Part shown: piece by piece, positions 19,187 through 28,155 of the stretch
Layout of the letters: each line of letters starts with the position of its first letter
Position numbering within the stretch: position 1 is the first letter of the stretch
NCBI GenBank assembly: GCA_963668025.2
Contig: CAXXTH010000010.1
Location: 32,001 to 96,000 of the forward strand
Direction: 5' to 3'
From: Candidatus Hydrogenedentota bacterium
GTDB taxonomy: Bacteria; Hydrogenedentota; Hydrogenedentia; Hydrogenedentales; SLHB01
Length of the DNA stretch: 64,000 nucleotides
The notes under the pieces: model-generated
Told to the model about the DNA's origin: nothing
Seen by the model: only the letters and a program-made list of their open reading frames with translations
Databases searched by the model: none
Translations under genes and position numbers: made by a program

Positions 19187-22012
19187 ATGAGTACAATCCA
19201 TCTTGATCTGGATCGGGCGAATCTCAGCTTTTTAGAAGAGTTATACGAAACCTATCTCATTGATCCACTACAACTTAACGATGATTGGCGGCACTATTTC
19301 CAGGGCTTCAACGGCCGCGCCGAAGCGTCCAACGCCCCCGTGCCGGAGGCGAAACCTGCTTGCGGCGGCGCGGATGTGAATAAAAGCGCCGGGTTCATCG
19401 CGAGCCGATGCAGCATATGCGGACGCCAAGAGCAGATGGCGGCTCTCCAGCAGCGCGTAGACAAGCTTATCCGGAATTACCGCGTGCGCGGCCACCGCGT
19501 GGCCAATGTGGACCCCCTGGGCATGCCAGTGACGCCCTTGCCGGAATTGAATCCGCGATACCATGGCTTGGGGCCGGACGATATGGAGCGGCGGTTCTCG
19601 GCGGAGATGCTCGCGCCGAACCGCATGCTCCCGTTACGCAACATCATTGAAGAACTATCTGAAACCTATTGCAACCATATCGGTGTGCAGTTCATGCATA
19701 TCGATGACCTATACATGCGCGAATGGCTCCAGGAGCGCATGGAAAGCACCCGCAACCACATCACCCTCTCACGTGACGCACAGCTTAGGATTCTGACGAA
19801 GCTGACCGATGCGGTTCTCATTGAGGAATTCATTCAAAAGAAATTTACGGGTTCGAAGCGTTTCTCCCTCGAGGGCGCAGAAAGCCTTATTCCGCTGCTT
19901 GACCTGGCCATCGAGAAAGCGGGGGATCAAGGCATCACGGAAATTGTCATCGGCATGGCCCACCGTGGCCGCCTGAATGTGCTGGCCAATATCATGGGCA
20001 AGCGGCCCATGCTCATCTTCCGCGAATTCGCCGATGAAGAAGATGCAAGCCGCCGCGGCGGCGACGTGAAATACCATAAGGGTTATCACAACGACTGGAC
20101 CACCCGTTCCGGCAAGGAAATTCATCTGGCCTTGTGCTTCAATCCGAGCCATCTTGAATTCGTCAACGGCACGGCCATGGGCCGTGTGCGCGCCAAACAA
20201 GACCGGCTCAATGACGATATGCGCGACAATTCCATGGTGCTGCTTATTCACGGCGACGCGGCTTTCGCCGGGGAGGGCGTTGTACAGGAAACGCTCAATC
20301 TGAGCCAGCTCGAGGGATACCGCGTTGGCGGCACGCTCCATGTTATCGTGAATAATCAAATCGGTTTCACCACGACGCCGGAAGACGGGCGTTCGGGCGT
20401 ATACGCCTCCGACGTGGCCAAAATGCTGCAAATCCCCATTTTTCATGTGAACGGTGAAAATCCGGAAGCCGTCGCCCAGGCCATTACGCTGGGCATGGAG
20501 TTCCGCAAGACCTTCAAGCGCGATGTGGTGATCGACATGTACTGCTACCGCCGCTGGGGCCACAATGAAGGTGATGAACCGTCCTTCACCCAGCCCGTCA
20601 TGTACCGCGCCATCGGCCAGCGTAAACCCGTGCGCGACGGTTATCTTGAGAATCTGCTGAAGCTCAATGAAGTCACCCAGGCGGAAGCGGATGGCATCGT
20701 CGAAACCTGCCGCAAGGAACTCGATAAGGAACTCGCCGCCGCGAGGGAAGGTAAAACGGCCCCCGCCGTGCAGCCCAGCCAACGTACGAGCATTCTCGGG
20801 CCCATCTGGCGGCGCTATAAAGGCGGGCATGACGCCGATGTCGAGGAAACGGGCACCAGCGTGAACGCGGAACGCCTGCGGTTCCTTCTCGAACGTACGG
20901 CGGCATATCCTGAATCATTCACGCCGCATCCCAAGATCGTCCGGCTGCTCGAATTACGCCAAGCCATGGCGCGGGGTGAAAAACCGCTGGACTGGTCGGC
21001 TGCCGAGGCCATGGCGTTCGCAACCCTGGCCACGGAACACTACCCCATCCGCCTTACGGGACAAGACAGCCGCCGGGGCACCTTCAGCCACCGCCACGCC
21101 ATGCTGGCCGATTACCAGAACGGGCGGCCTTACATGCCGCTCCAGCATCTCGAACCGGGCCAGGCGCGCGTCGAAATTTATAACAGCCCCCTGAGCGAGT
21201 CCGGCGTGCTGGCGTATGAATATGGATACAGCATCGCGTATCCTGATGCGCTGGTGATTTGGGAGGCGCAATTCGGCGATTTCGCCAACTGCGCCCAGGT
21301 GCTCATTGACCAAGGCATCACCAGCGCCGAAGAGAAATGGCGCAGCCTGAGCGGCATCGTCATGCTGCTGCCCCACGGCCTCGAGGGCATGGGGCCCGAG
21401 CATTCGAGCGCGCGCATCGAACGCTTCCTATTTCTCGCGGCGGAGGACAACATCCAAGTCGTCATCCCCTCGACGCCCGCCCAGTTGTTCCATTGCCTGC
21501 GGCGGCAAGTGGTGCGGCCATGGCGCAAACCGTTGATAGTCATGACGCCCAAGAGCCTGCTGCGCCACCCGAAAGTCGTGTCGCCGCTCGAAGACCTTGC
21601 GCAGGGCCGGTTCCATCGCATTCTTCCCGACGCCATGGGCATTCGCAAGAAAGCCAGGCGCGTGCTTCTATGCAGCGGCAAGATATATTATGAACTCGAA
21701 GAGGAACGGGAGCGGCTGGGGCGCGATGATGTGGCCATCTTGCGTGTCGAGCAACTCTATCCGCTTCAGGAGTCCTACATCGAAGAGGCGCTGGCGCCCT
21801 ATTCCGCCAAGACGGAAGCCTTATGGGTCCAGGAAGAGCCAGAAAACATGGGCGCGTGGTATTATTGGCGCGTGCGGTTCTGTGAACGCTTGCTTGGCAG
21901 GCCGCTGCGCGGCGTGTGCCGTCCGGCATCGGCCAGCCCTGCGGGGGGGTCAGCCAGCGGCCACAGGCTTGAACAGCGCATGCTGATCGAGCAGGCGTTC
22001 GCGGGCATATGA
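19187..22012 (+). CDS. sucA: 2-oxoglutarate dehydrogenase E1
   Basis: KRFSLEG, GMAHRGRLN, GDVKYH, NPSHLE, HGDAAFAG, WEAQFGDF, GPEHSSAR. Confidence 0.98.
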   Translation: MSTIHLDLDRANLSFLEELYETYLIDPLQLNDDWRHYFQGFNGRAEASNAPVPEAKPACGGADVNKSAGFIASRCSICGRQEQMAALQQRVDKLIRNYRVRGHRVANVDPLGMPVTPLPELNPRYHGLGPDDMERRFSAEMLAPNRMLPLRNIIEELSETYCNHIGVQFMHIDDLYMREWLQERMESTRNHITLSRDAQLRILTKLTDAVLIEEFIQKKFTGSKRFSLEGAESLIPLLDLAIEKAGDQGITEIVIGMAHRGRLNVLANIMGKRPMLIFREFADEEDASRRGGDVKYHKGYHNDWTTRSGKEIHLALCFNPSHLEFVNGTAMGRVRAKQDRLNDDMRDNSMVLLIHGDAAFAGEGVVQETLNLSQLEGYRVGGTLHVIVNNQIGFTTTPEDGRSGVYASDVAKMLQIPIFHVNGENPEAVAQAITLGMEFRKTFKRDVVIDMYCYRRWGHNEGDEPSFTQPVMYRAIGQRKPVRDGYLENLLKLNEVTQAEADGIVETCRKELDKELAAAREGKTAPAVQPSQRTSILGPIWRRYKGGHDADVEETGTSVNAERLRFLLERTAAYPESFTPHPKIVRLLELRQAMARGEKPLDWSAAEAMAFATLATEHYPIRLTGQDSRRGTFSHRHAMLADYQNGRPYMPLQHLEPGQARVEIYNSPLSESGVLAYEYGYSIAYPDALVIWEAQFGDFANCAQVLIDQGITSAEEKWRSLSGIVMLLPHGLEGMGPEHSSARIERFLFLAAEDNIQVVIPSTPAQLFHCLRRQVVRPWRKPLIVMTPKSLLRHPKVVSPLEDLAQGRFHRILPDAMGIRKKARRVLLCSGKIYYELEEERERLGRDDVAILRVEQLYPLQESYIEEALAPYSAKTEALWVQEEPENMGAWYYWRVRFCERLLGRPLRGVCRPASASPAGGSASGHRLEQRMLIEQAFAGI

Positions 22013-22075
22013 GCCGCGCCTCTTTGGCGTGAGTGGCTGGAGTACGGGGTAATCATCAAACGACAAGGAGTACGC

Positions 22076-22918
22076 ATGTCCGCCATCATACTCGACGGGA
22101 AAACGCTGGCCAAACAACTCGAAGGAGAACTCGCCCAGCGGGTGGAGCAGCTCATATCCAAAACGGGGCATACGCCCACGCTGGCCACGATTCTGGTGGG
22201 CGATGATCCCGCTTCGGCGACCTATGTGCGCATGAAGGGCAACGCCTGCGCGCGGGTCGGCATGACATCGCGTAAAATCGAAATGCCCGCCAGCACGACG
22301 ACGGAGCAATTGCTCGCGGAAATTGAATCGCTCAACAACAACCCGGAAGTGACAGGCATCCTGTTGCAGCATCCCGTTCCCGCGCAGATCGACGAACGGC
22401 GCTGCTTCGACGCCATCGCCCTCGGAAAAGACGTGGACGGCGTGACCTGCCTCGGGTTCGGGCGCATGTCCATGGGCGAACCGGCGTTTGGCTCGGCCAC
22501 GCCCGCGGGCATCATGCGCTTGCTCAAGCACTACCAAATCCCGATGAAAGGCAAGCGCGCCGTGGTCGTGGGGCGCAGCCCCATCCTCGGCAAGCCCATG
22601 GCCATGATGCTCCTGAATGAACACGCCACGGTGACCATCTGCCATTCCCGCACCAATGATCTGCCGGACGTGGTCCGCCAAGCCGAGATCCTGGTCGGGG
22701 CCGTGGGCAAGCCTGAGTTCATCCGAGGCGAATGGGTCGCGGAAGGGGCCGTGGTGATCGACGCGGGATACCATCCCGGCGGCGTGGGCGACATCGAATT
22801 GAGCGCCATAACGGAAAAATGCGCGGCCTATACCCCCGTGCCCGGCGGCGTCGGCCCTATGACCATCGCCACGCTTATTGCCCAGACGTTGGAGGCGGGT
22901 TTGGGGTTTAGGGTTTAG
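22076..22918 (+). CDS. folD: Methylenetetrahydrofolate dehydrogenase/cyclohydrolase
   Basis: [30 protein letters not shown]. Confidence 0.98.
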   Translation: MSAIILDGKTLAKQLEGELAQRVEQLISKTGHTPTLATILVGDDPASATYVRMKGNACARVGMTSRKIEMPASTTTEQLLAEIESLNNNPEVTGILLQHPVPAQIDERRCFDAIALGKDVDGVTCLGFGRMSMGEPAFGSATPAGIMRLLKHYQIPMKGKRAVVVGRSPILGKPMAMMLLNEHATVTICHSRTNDLPDVVRQAEILVGAVGKPEFIRGEWVAEGAVVIDAGYHPGGVGDIELSAITEKCAAYTPVPGGVGPMTIATLIAQTLEAGLGFRV

Positions 22919-22952
22919 GGTCTTGGGTGTAGGGTCTTGGGTGTAGGGTGGG
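22897..22952 (+). repeat. Heptamer tandem repeat (GGGTNNN x8)
   Basis: gggtttg gggttta gggttta gggtctt gggtgta gggtctt gggtgta gggtggg, spanning the folD stop. Confidence 0.85.
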
Positions 22953-22964
22953 GCTTGCCCCACC
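22943..22964 (+). repeat. REP-like GTAG hairpin (second family)
   Basis: GTAG-GGTGGGGC-TT-GCCCCACC. Confidence 0.6.
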
Positions 22965-23058
22965 GTTCAGGCGTTTGTCTCTCTAAAGCGGATTTCTAGA
23001 AATGGAGCTGGCAAGCCAATATAAGGAAATATCGGCAAAATTCATAAAAGAGAACATG

Positions 23059-23082
23059 AAAGCGGTAGCAAGCTACCGCTTT
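23059..23082. repeat. Palindrome, REP-like or terminator-like
   Basis: AAAGCGGTAGC-AA-GCTACCGCTTT. Confidence 0.55.
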
Positions 23083-23212
23083 GGGCGTGCGGATTTTGTT
23101 TAAATAACTCTTTTCGTTTTTTTGGCGATGTAGATTCATACGAGAAGCACTTTTAGAAGGCCCTTTTCGCGGAGATGACTTATAATACTAATTATAAAGA
23201 AAGCAAATTGAT

Positions 23213-23542
23213 ATGGCTGATGTGCAAATTGTAAACACGATTCAACGTTATTTGCAGGCGCTGCAAGCCAAAGGCCTCCCCGTGAGGTTTGCCATTTTGT
23301 TTGGCTCTTATGTGAATGGCATTCCGGATCAATGGAGCGATATCGATCTGCTGGTGGTGTCACCCCGGTTTGATGGCCTGGCGAAACGGGAAGATATCAA
23401 TTTGCTTTGGCGGGTGGCCGCCCGCACGGATAGCCGGATCGAGCCCGTTCCATGCGGCGAGTCGCAATGGGCGGCCGATACGTCAAATGTGCTTGTTGAG
23501 AGCGCACGGCGGGAAGGCGAACGTATTTCGCCTGCGGCATGA
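23213..23542 (+). CDS. Minimal nucleotidyltransferase (MNT/MntA-like)
   Basis: LFGSY....SDIDLLVV motif, 109 aa; no HEPN partner adjacent. Confidence 0.85.
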   Translation: MADVQIVNTIQRYLQALQAKGLPVRFAILFGSYVNGIPDQWSDIDLLVVSPRFDGLAKREDINLLWRVAARTDSRIEPVPCGESQWAADTSNVLVESARREGERISPAA

Positions 23543-23609
23543 TATTGCGAAACCGTCTTGGCGGCTTAACCATTCATACCTTCATCTGTTACAAGGGAGG
23601 CGATTGTTG

Positions 23610-24818
23610 ATGGCGGTTGAAATCAAAGTGCCGGAAGTCGGTGAATCCATCACGGAGGTCGAACTGGGCCAATGGCTAAAACCGGTGGGCGCGTACGCCA
23701 AGCCCGATGAGCCGCTGGTCGAGCTCGAATCTGAAAAGGCCACCATCGAACTGCCTTCTCCTGCGGGCGGCATTCTCACGCAGATTCTCAAGCAAACCGG
23801 CAATACCGCCGAAGTCGGCGAAGTCATCGGATACATCGAGGCGGCGGAAGCCCCTGATACGCCTGCGCCTGAACAAAAAACAGTAGCGGCAACACCTGCG
23901 CCAGAACCGGCCGCGCCGCGCGTCATGCCCGCCGCCCAGCGCGTCATGGCGGAAGCGAAGCTGTCTCTGGCGGACATCACGCCCACGGGGCCTGGCGGGC
24001 GCATCCTCAAGGAAGACGCCCAGCGCGCCGCACAAGCAAAACCGGCATCGACCACGGCGGTTCCTGAGACGCAGCCTCCGCCCGTAGTGGCATCCATTCC
24101 ACTTCCCCCATCGACAGGTGCGCGCGAGACGCGCATGGTGCGCATGACGCCTATCCGCCGCACCATCGCCGCGCGGCTCGTCGAGGCCCAGCAAAACGCC
24201 GCGCTGTTGACGACCTTCAACGAGCTCGACATGAGCGCCGTCAAGGCCATGCGGGCCGATTTGCAGGAGGCCTTCCAGGCGCGGCATGGCGTCAAGCTCG
24301 GATTCATGTCGTTTTTTGTCCGTGCGGCGGTCCACGCGCTGCAAGCGTTTCCCGCCATCAACGCCCAAATCCGCGACAACGACATCATCTATTATGACTA
24401 CTGCGACATCGGCATCGCCGTAGGCTCGGGCAAAGGGCTGGTCGTCCCCGTGCTGCGCAACGCGGAAACCATGGGCTTCGCCGAGATCGAGCAGCGCATC
24501 ACCGAATTCGCCGCACGCGCATGCGACAACAAGCTCGCCATCGAAGAACTCCAAGGCGGCACGTTCACCATCACCAACGGCGGCGTGTATGGTTCGATGC
24601 TCTCGACGCCCATTATCAATCCGCCGCAAAGCGGTGTGCTCGGCATGCATGCCATCATGGACCGCCCCATCGCCCTCGAAGGGCAAGTGGCGATTCGCCC
24701 CATGATGTATGTGGCCCTCACGTATGACCACCGCATGGTGGACGGCCGCGAGGCGGTCACTTTCCTGAAGGCCATCAAGGAGCGCATCGAGAAGCCCGCG
24801 CTGCTGCTCGATTTCTAA
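23610..24818 (+). CDS. sucB: Dihydrolipoamide succinyltransferase (E2)
   Basis: Lipoyl domain (ESEKA), [30 protein letters not shown]; GGGAGG RBS before ATG 23610. Confidence 0.97.
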   Translation: MAVEIKVPEVGESITEVELGQWLKPVGAYAKPDEPLVELESEKATIELPSPAGGILTQILKQTGNTAEVGEVIGYIEAAEAPDTPAPEQKTVAATPAPEPAAPRVMPAAQRVMAEAKLSLADITPTGPGGRILKEDAQRAAQAKPASTTAVPETQPPPVVASIPLPPSTGARETRMVRMTPIRRTIAARLVEAQQNAALLTTFNELDMSAVKAMRADLQEAFQARHGVKLGFMSFFVRAAVHALQAFPAINAQIRDNDIIYYDYCDIGIAVGSGKGLVVPVLRNAETMGFAEIEQRITEFAARACDNKLAIEELQGGTFTITNGGVYGSMLSTPIINPPQSGVLGMHAIMDRPIALEGQVAIRPMMYVALTYDHRMVDGREAVTFLKAIKERIEKPALLLDF

Positions 24819-24828
24819 GGGAGATTAT

Positions 24829-25410
24829 ATGGACGTTGTGCTGGTGGTGGCGGAGGATGAAGCCGTATGCAGCTCCATTCAAAACGCTTTACCCGAAACC
24901 GAACTTATTCTGACGGCGGCTTCGCTTGAAGAAGCATTGCAGCGGTTGGTGGCATTTCAAGCCGACGCCCTTTTCGTGGAAGAAACACCCAGCTTAAACT
25001 TGTGCGCCATTCAACAATTGCGCATGGCGTCCGGCGCGGCCCCGGTCATCTTGATTCCATCCACATGGGAGCTGGATTCGTATGCCCAATACGCCGAGGC
25101 GGGCGTTGCCGCATGCCTGCCCCGGTGGCCCACGGTGGAACAGCTCCAATCTTGCTTATCCCACTGCCTGCAAACTCAGGCGGCCGGACGTCCGGCGGTT
25201 CCCGTGGCGCAGCGCACCAAGCATGAGCCAGAAGCGGCGGGTGATGCCGCAACCCTCGAAGCGGCGGTGCAACAGCTCGAACGCCGCATGATTCTGCAAG
25301 CGCTCGAAGAAGCCAGCTATGTGCAAACCCAAGCCGCGAAACGCCTCGGTGTGACGCGCCGCATCCTCAAATACAAAATGGACCAGCTCGGTATCACCGA
25401 ACCCGCATGA
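24829..25410 (+). CDS. Degenerate receiver domain plus Fis-type HTH protein
   Basis: REC-like N-terminus; C-terminal LERRMILQALEE...QTQAAKRLGVTRRILKYKM. Confidence 0.7.
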   Translation: MDVVLVVAEDEAVCSSIQNALPETELILTAASLEEALQRLVAFQADALFVEETPSLNLCAIQQLRMASGAAPVILIPSTWELDSYAQYAEAGVAACLPRWPTVEQLQSCLSHCLQTQAAGRPAVPVAQRTKHEPEAAGDAATLEAAVQQLERRMILQALEEASYVQTQAAKRLGVTRRILKYKMDQLGITEPA

Positions 25411-25418
25411 GCGAGAGT

Positions 25419-25449
25419 CCGTAGCATGGGCGTCCCGCCCATGCCGCGG
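25419..25449. repeat. REP-like singlet (GTAG family), copy 3
   Basis: ccGTAGCATGGGCGTCCCGCCCATGccgcgg. Confidence 0.8.
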
Positions 25450-25506
25450 GAAGCGCATATCTTTCTACTCTTACCGTGTTGACACCTCCCGGATTCGGCC
25501 TCTATA

Positions 25507-27942
25507 GTGGCCGGAGCGGGCGATGCGGTTCCGCATCCCAGCAGCCCGCGGCATCCACTAGATGAGGATACGCTGTTGCAGGATCATGATCAGAGCTCGG
25601 AACGGCCGCGCATTGCACCGGTCCGTGGAATTGTACTTGCGCAGAGCCGCGCGGGGGCGTGTTATCCCGCCAGCGCGTTGCGCCGATGGATTCGCGCTAA
25701 TCGCGCCATTTATAAAGCGCCTAAAATAGACCTGTTCGTGCGTGGCCTTCTCCCCACATGCCTCGACGAATTGTTGGAACACGCCCAGCGCTTGGACGCC
25801 CGATTGTCGTTGCGTACGGACTGTGAAGCCAGCATACCGGGCTTGAATGCGCTAAAGGCAGCCGGGCTCTTCGATGTATTTCTATGTCCTCTTGCGCCCG
25901 ATTCCCTTGCATTCAACACTTGGCTGGATGCATGCGCGGCGGCGGGTCTGCCCATACGCATCCAATTCCAAGGGCCATTTCCATCTGGATTTAGCGGAGA
26001 GGATTGCGCGGAGCGCCTAGCCCGCGCAGGTGTTACGGTGGCCAATCTGGCGTTATATGATCCATTGGCCCTGGAAACCGCACCCATGGACGCCGCCGCA
26101 TGCCGCGACTATATCGATACCGTGAGCAGCCTGGCCCGCCAATTGAGCACGCGGAACGTGGAAACCAATTTGCTTCGGTTCCCCTATTGCCATTTCGATG
26201 AAGAATTATGGCCTTATATTATTGGCGATGCGCAGTTCTTTCTCGACCATTCCCAGTACCAGCGTGCATCCTTTGAATTTGCACAAAAAACTCAGTATCG
26301 GGGCCCCATCATTGTATCCAAGTTGATCAATGCGTTGCTGGTCCAGAATAGTTCACTCAATCCCGCACTGGACGCCAAGTTGTTTCCCTGGCTGCTCGAG
26401 CATCCCGCGCTCAATGCGCGTTTATGGTTTCTCCATAAACTCACCCGGCATTTCCGCTGGCGCTGGCTCGCACCGAAGCCGCGCATCCAGGACGGCCCAT
26501 CCCTCGAACAAGCGGTGGCCCGCGCCCAAGAAAAACGCGCTAAGGCTTTTCCTCCTGCCTGCGGAAACTGCCAGTTGCGGAACATATGCCTGGGCGATAC
26601 GCCGTTGCGCGGACGCCTGCTGCCGGGGCTGACGGTGCAACCACTCGATGGAGAGCCGATTCCATTCCCCATGTGCTTCTGCAAAGCGCAGGCCAAGCAT
26701 TATGACGCTATCGACGCCCAGCGGGCGCAGGCCAGTGATGGCCACAAGGCGCTTGCGGAAGAGGCGCTTCGGATTGTGCATAATGAAATGCCCACTCGGA
26801 AAATCGACGCCTTTGAATATGAGATCGAGGGCCAATACGCCATGCAGATGTTGGGGGGAATGCGCTGGTTTTCCATTACCCCTACCGAAAAACAGAGCAC
26901 CATCTTGGCGCGGCTCGAACCGCCTTTCACGCTGGCCGTGACATTTTGCGCAGGTTCCGCCGAATACATTGGGTTTTCCTTCGGCCGGCACTGCAAAACC
27001 GTATGCGCCATGGACAGCTTTAACCATTGCCTGGCGCTTCATGTCGCGGCGGATGGGCATTATGTCTTGTTGCGCGATGATATTCCGGTACACCCCATGG
27101 AATTCGAGGGCGTGCATTATGCCCCACTCCGATTGGCGGGCATGATCGAGCCGCGCATCTGCATCGGCAATATCGATGGCGCGATTGTCACCCAGAATGT
27201 GTGTTTATGGGAGCATAACCGGCAAGCCGCCGCTGTCTGCACCGGCATCCGTTATTCCTTCCTCATTTTCAGCACCCGCTACGCCCGCCGTTTGCAAGCC
27301 GTGCTTCAAAGCATCGCCCACCAGCGCGATTATGATTTGTCCCGTGTCGAAGTCATCGTGGCGTATGTTCCCGGCATCGACGCCGTGGATGATTTGCTCG
27401 ATTCGTTCCATATCTCGTATCCAGCGATCCATATCGTCCGCTCCCCGTTTACCGAGCATTACGCCCGCTCCAAGGGTTTTGTTATCAATGAATCCGTCTG
27501 CGCCGCATCCGGTGAATGGGTCATCTTGCTTGATAGTGACATCATCTTGCCGCCGGAGATGCTTAGTGAAATGGAAAAAGTAGAAGCCCAGACGAATTTT
27601 ATCGCCCCGGATGGCCGGAAAATGTTGGAAGAAGAGGCTACCGCGCGTATTCTTATGGGCGAAGTGCGGCCATGGGAATCGTGGGACGCCCTCGTCGAGG
27701 GGCCGGGCGAATTCCGCCTGCGCGAGGCCGAAGGCGCGCCCATCGGGTTTTTCCAAGCGGTTCGGCGCTCTTGTCTCGATGAGATTAAATATATGGAAAT
27801 GGACCACTTCGAGTGGGCGGATCTGTGGTTTGGGATTCATATGCGGGAGAAATTCGGCCGGGAAGTGCGAACCAGCGGGGCCATCGTCCTTCATATGGAT
27901 CATGGCGGCAGCCAGTGGTATGGCACCGCCAAGCATCGGTAG
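25507..27942 (+). CDS. GT2 glycosyltransferase with a long N-terminal radical-SAM/SPASM-like region
   Basis: C-terminal GT-A fold (ASGEWVILLDSD, GFFQ); CGNCQLRNICLG; true start probably downstream of 25507. Confidence 0.65.
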   Translation: MAGAGDAVPHPSSPRHPLDEDTLLQDHDQSSERPRIAPVRGIVLAQSRAGACYPASALRRWIRANRAIYKAPKIDLFVRGLLPTCLDELLEHAQRLDARLSLRTDCEASIPGLNALKAAGLFDVFLCPLAPDSLAFNTWLDACAAAGLPIRIQFQGPFPSGFSGEDCAERLARAGVTVANLALYDPLALETAPMDAAACRDYIDTVSSLARQLSTRNVETNLLRFPYCHFDEELWPYIIGDAQFFLDHSQYQRASFEFAQKTQYRGPIIVSKLINALLVQNSSLNPALDAKLFPWLLEHPALNARLWFLHKLTRHFRWRWLAPKPRIQDGPSLEQAVARAQEKRAKAFPPACGNCQLRNICLGDTPLRGRLLPGLTVQPLDGEPIPFPMCFCKAQAKHYDAIDAQRAQASDGHKALAEEALRIVHNEMPTRKIDAFEYEIEGQYAMQMLGGMRWFSITPTEKQSTILARLEPPFTLAVTFCAGSAEYIGFSFGRHCKTVCAMDSFNHCLALHVAADGHYVLLRDDIPVHPMEFEGVHYAPLRLAGMIEPRICIGNIDGAIVTQNVCLWEHNRQAAAVCTGIRYSFLIFSTRYARRLQAVLQSIAHQRDYDLSRVEVIVAYVPGIDAVDDLLDSFHISYPAIHIVRSPFTEHYARSKGFVINESVCAASGEWVILLDSDIILPPEMLSEMEKVEAQTNFIAPDGRKMLEEEATARILMGEVRPWESWDALVEGPGEFRLREAEGAPIGFFQAVRRSCLDEIKYMEMDHFEWADLWFGIHMREKFGREVRTSGAIVLHMDHGGSQWYGTAKHR

Positions 27943-28005
27943 TATTCCAAAAGAACAAGGCTGGTAACACTCTAGCCATGTGGAGCAAAGGCAGTGGGCC
28001 GATTG

Positions 28006-28038
28006 TTGAACCGCGAATGGATGCGAATAAACGCGAAT
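28006..28038. repeat. Short imperfect 10-bp-period repeat (GCGAAT x3), REP-like
   Basis: aaccGCGAATggatGCGAATaaacGCGAAT. Confidence 0.45.
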
Positions 28039-28155
28039 ACAAGATGGACAAGATTTTTTGTAATACTTTAGCGGGCTGAAACAAGAGCAATTTTTATAGA
28101 CATGATATCCAAAATTGATATAGCGGTGAAACGAACGTAAAGAAAGCGGGGAAAT

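Noticed and set aside
22897-22952. Telomeric repeat or eukaryotic contamination
   Set aside because: Only two exact TTTAGGG units, embedded in continuous bacterial genes.
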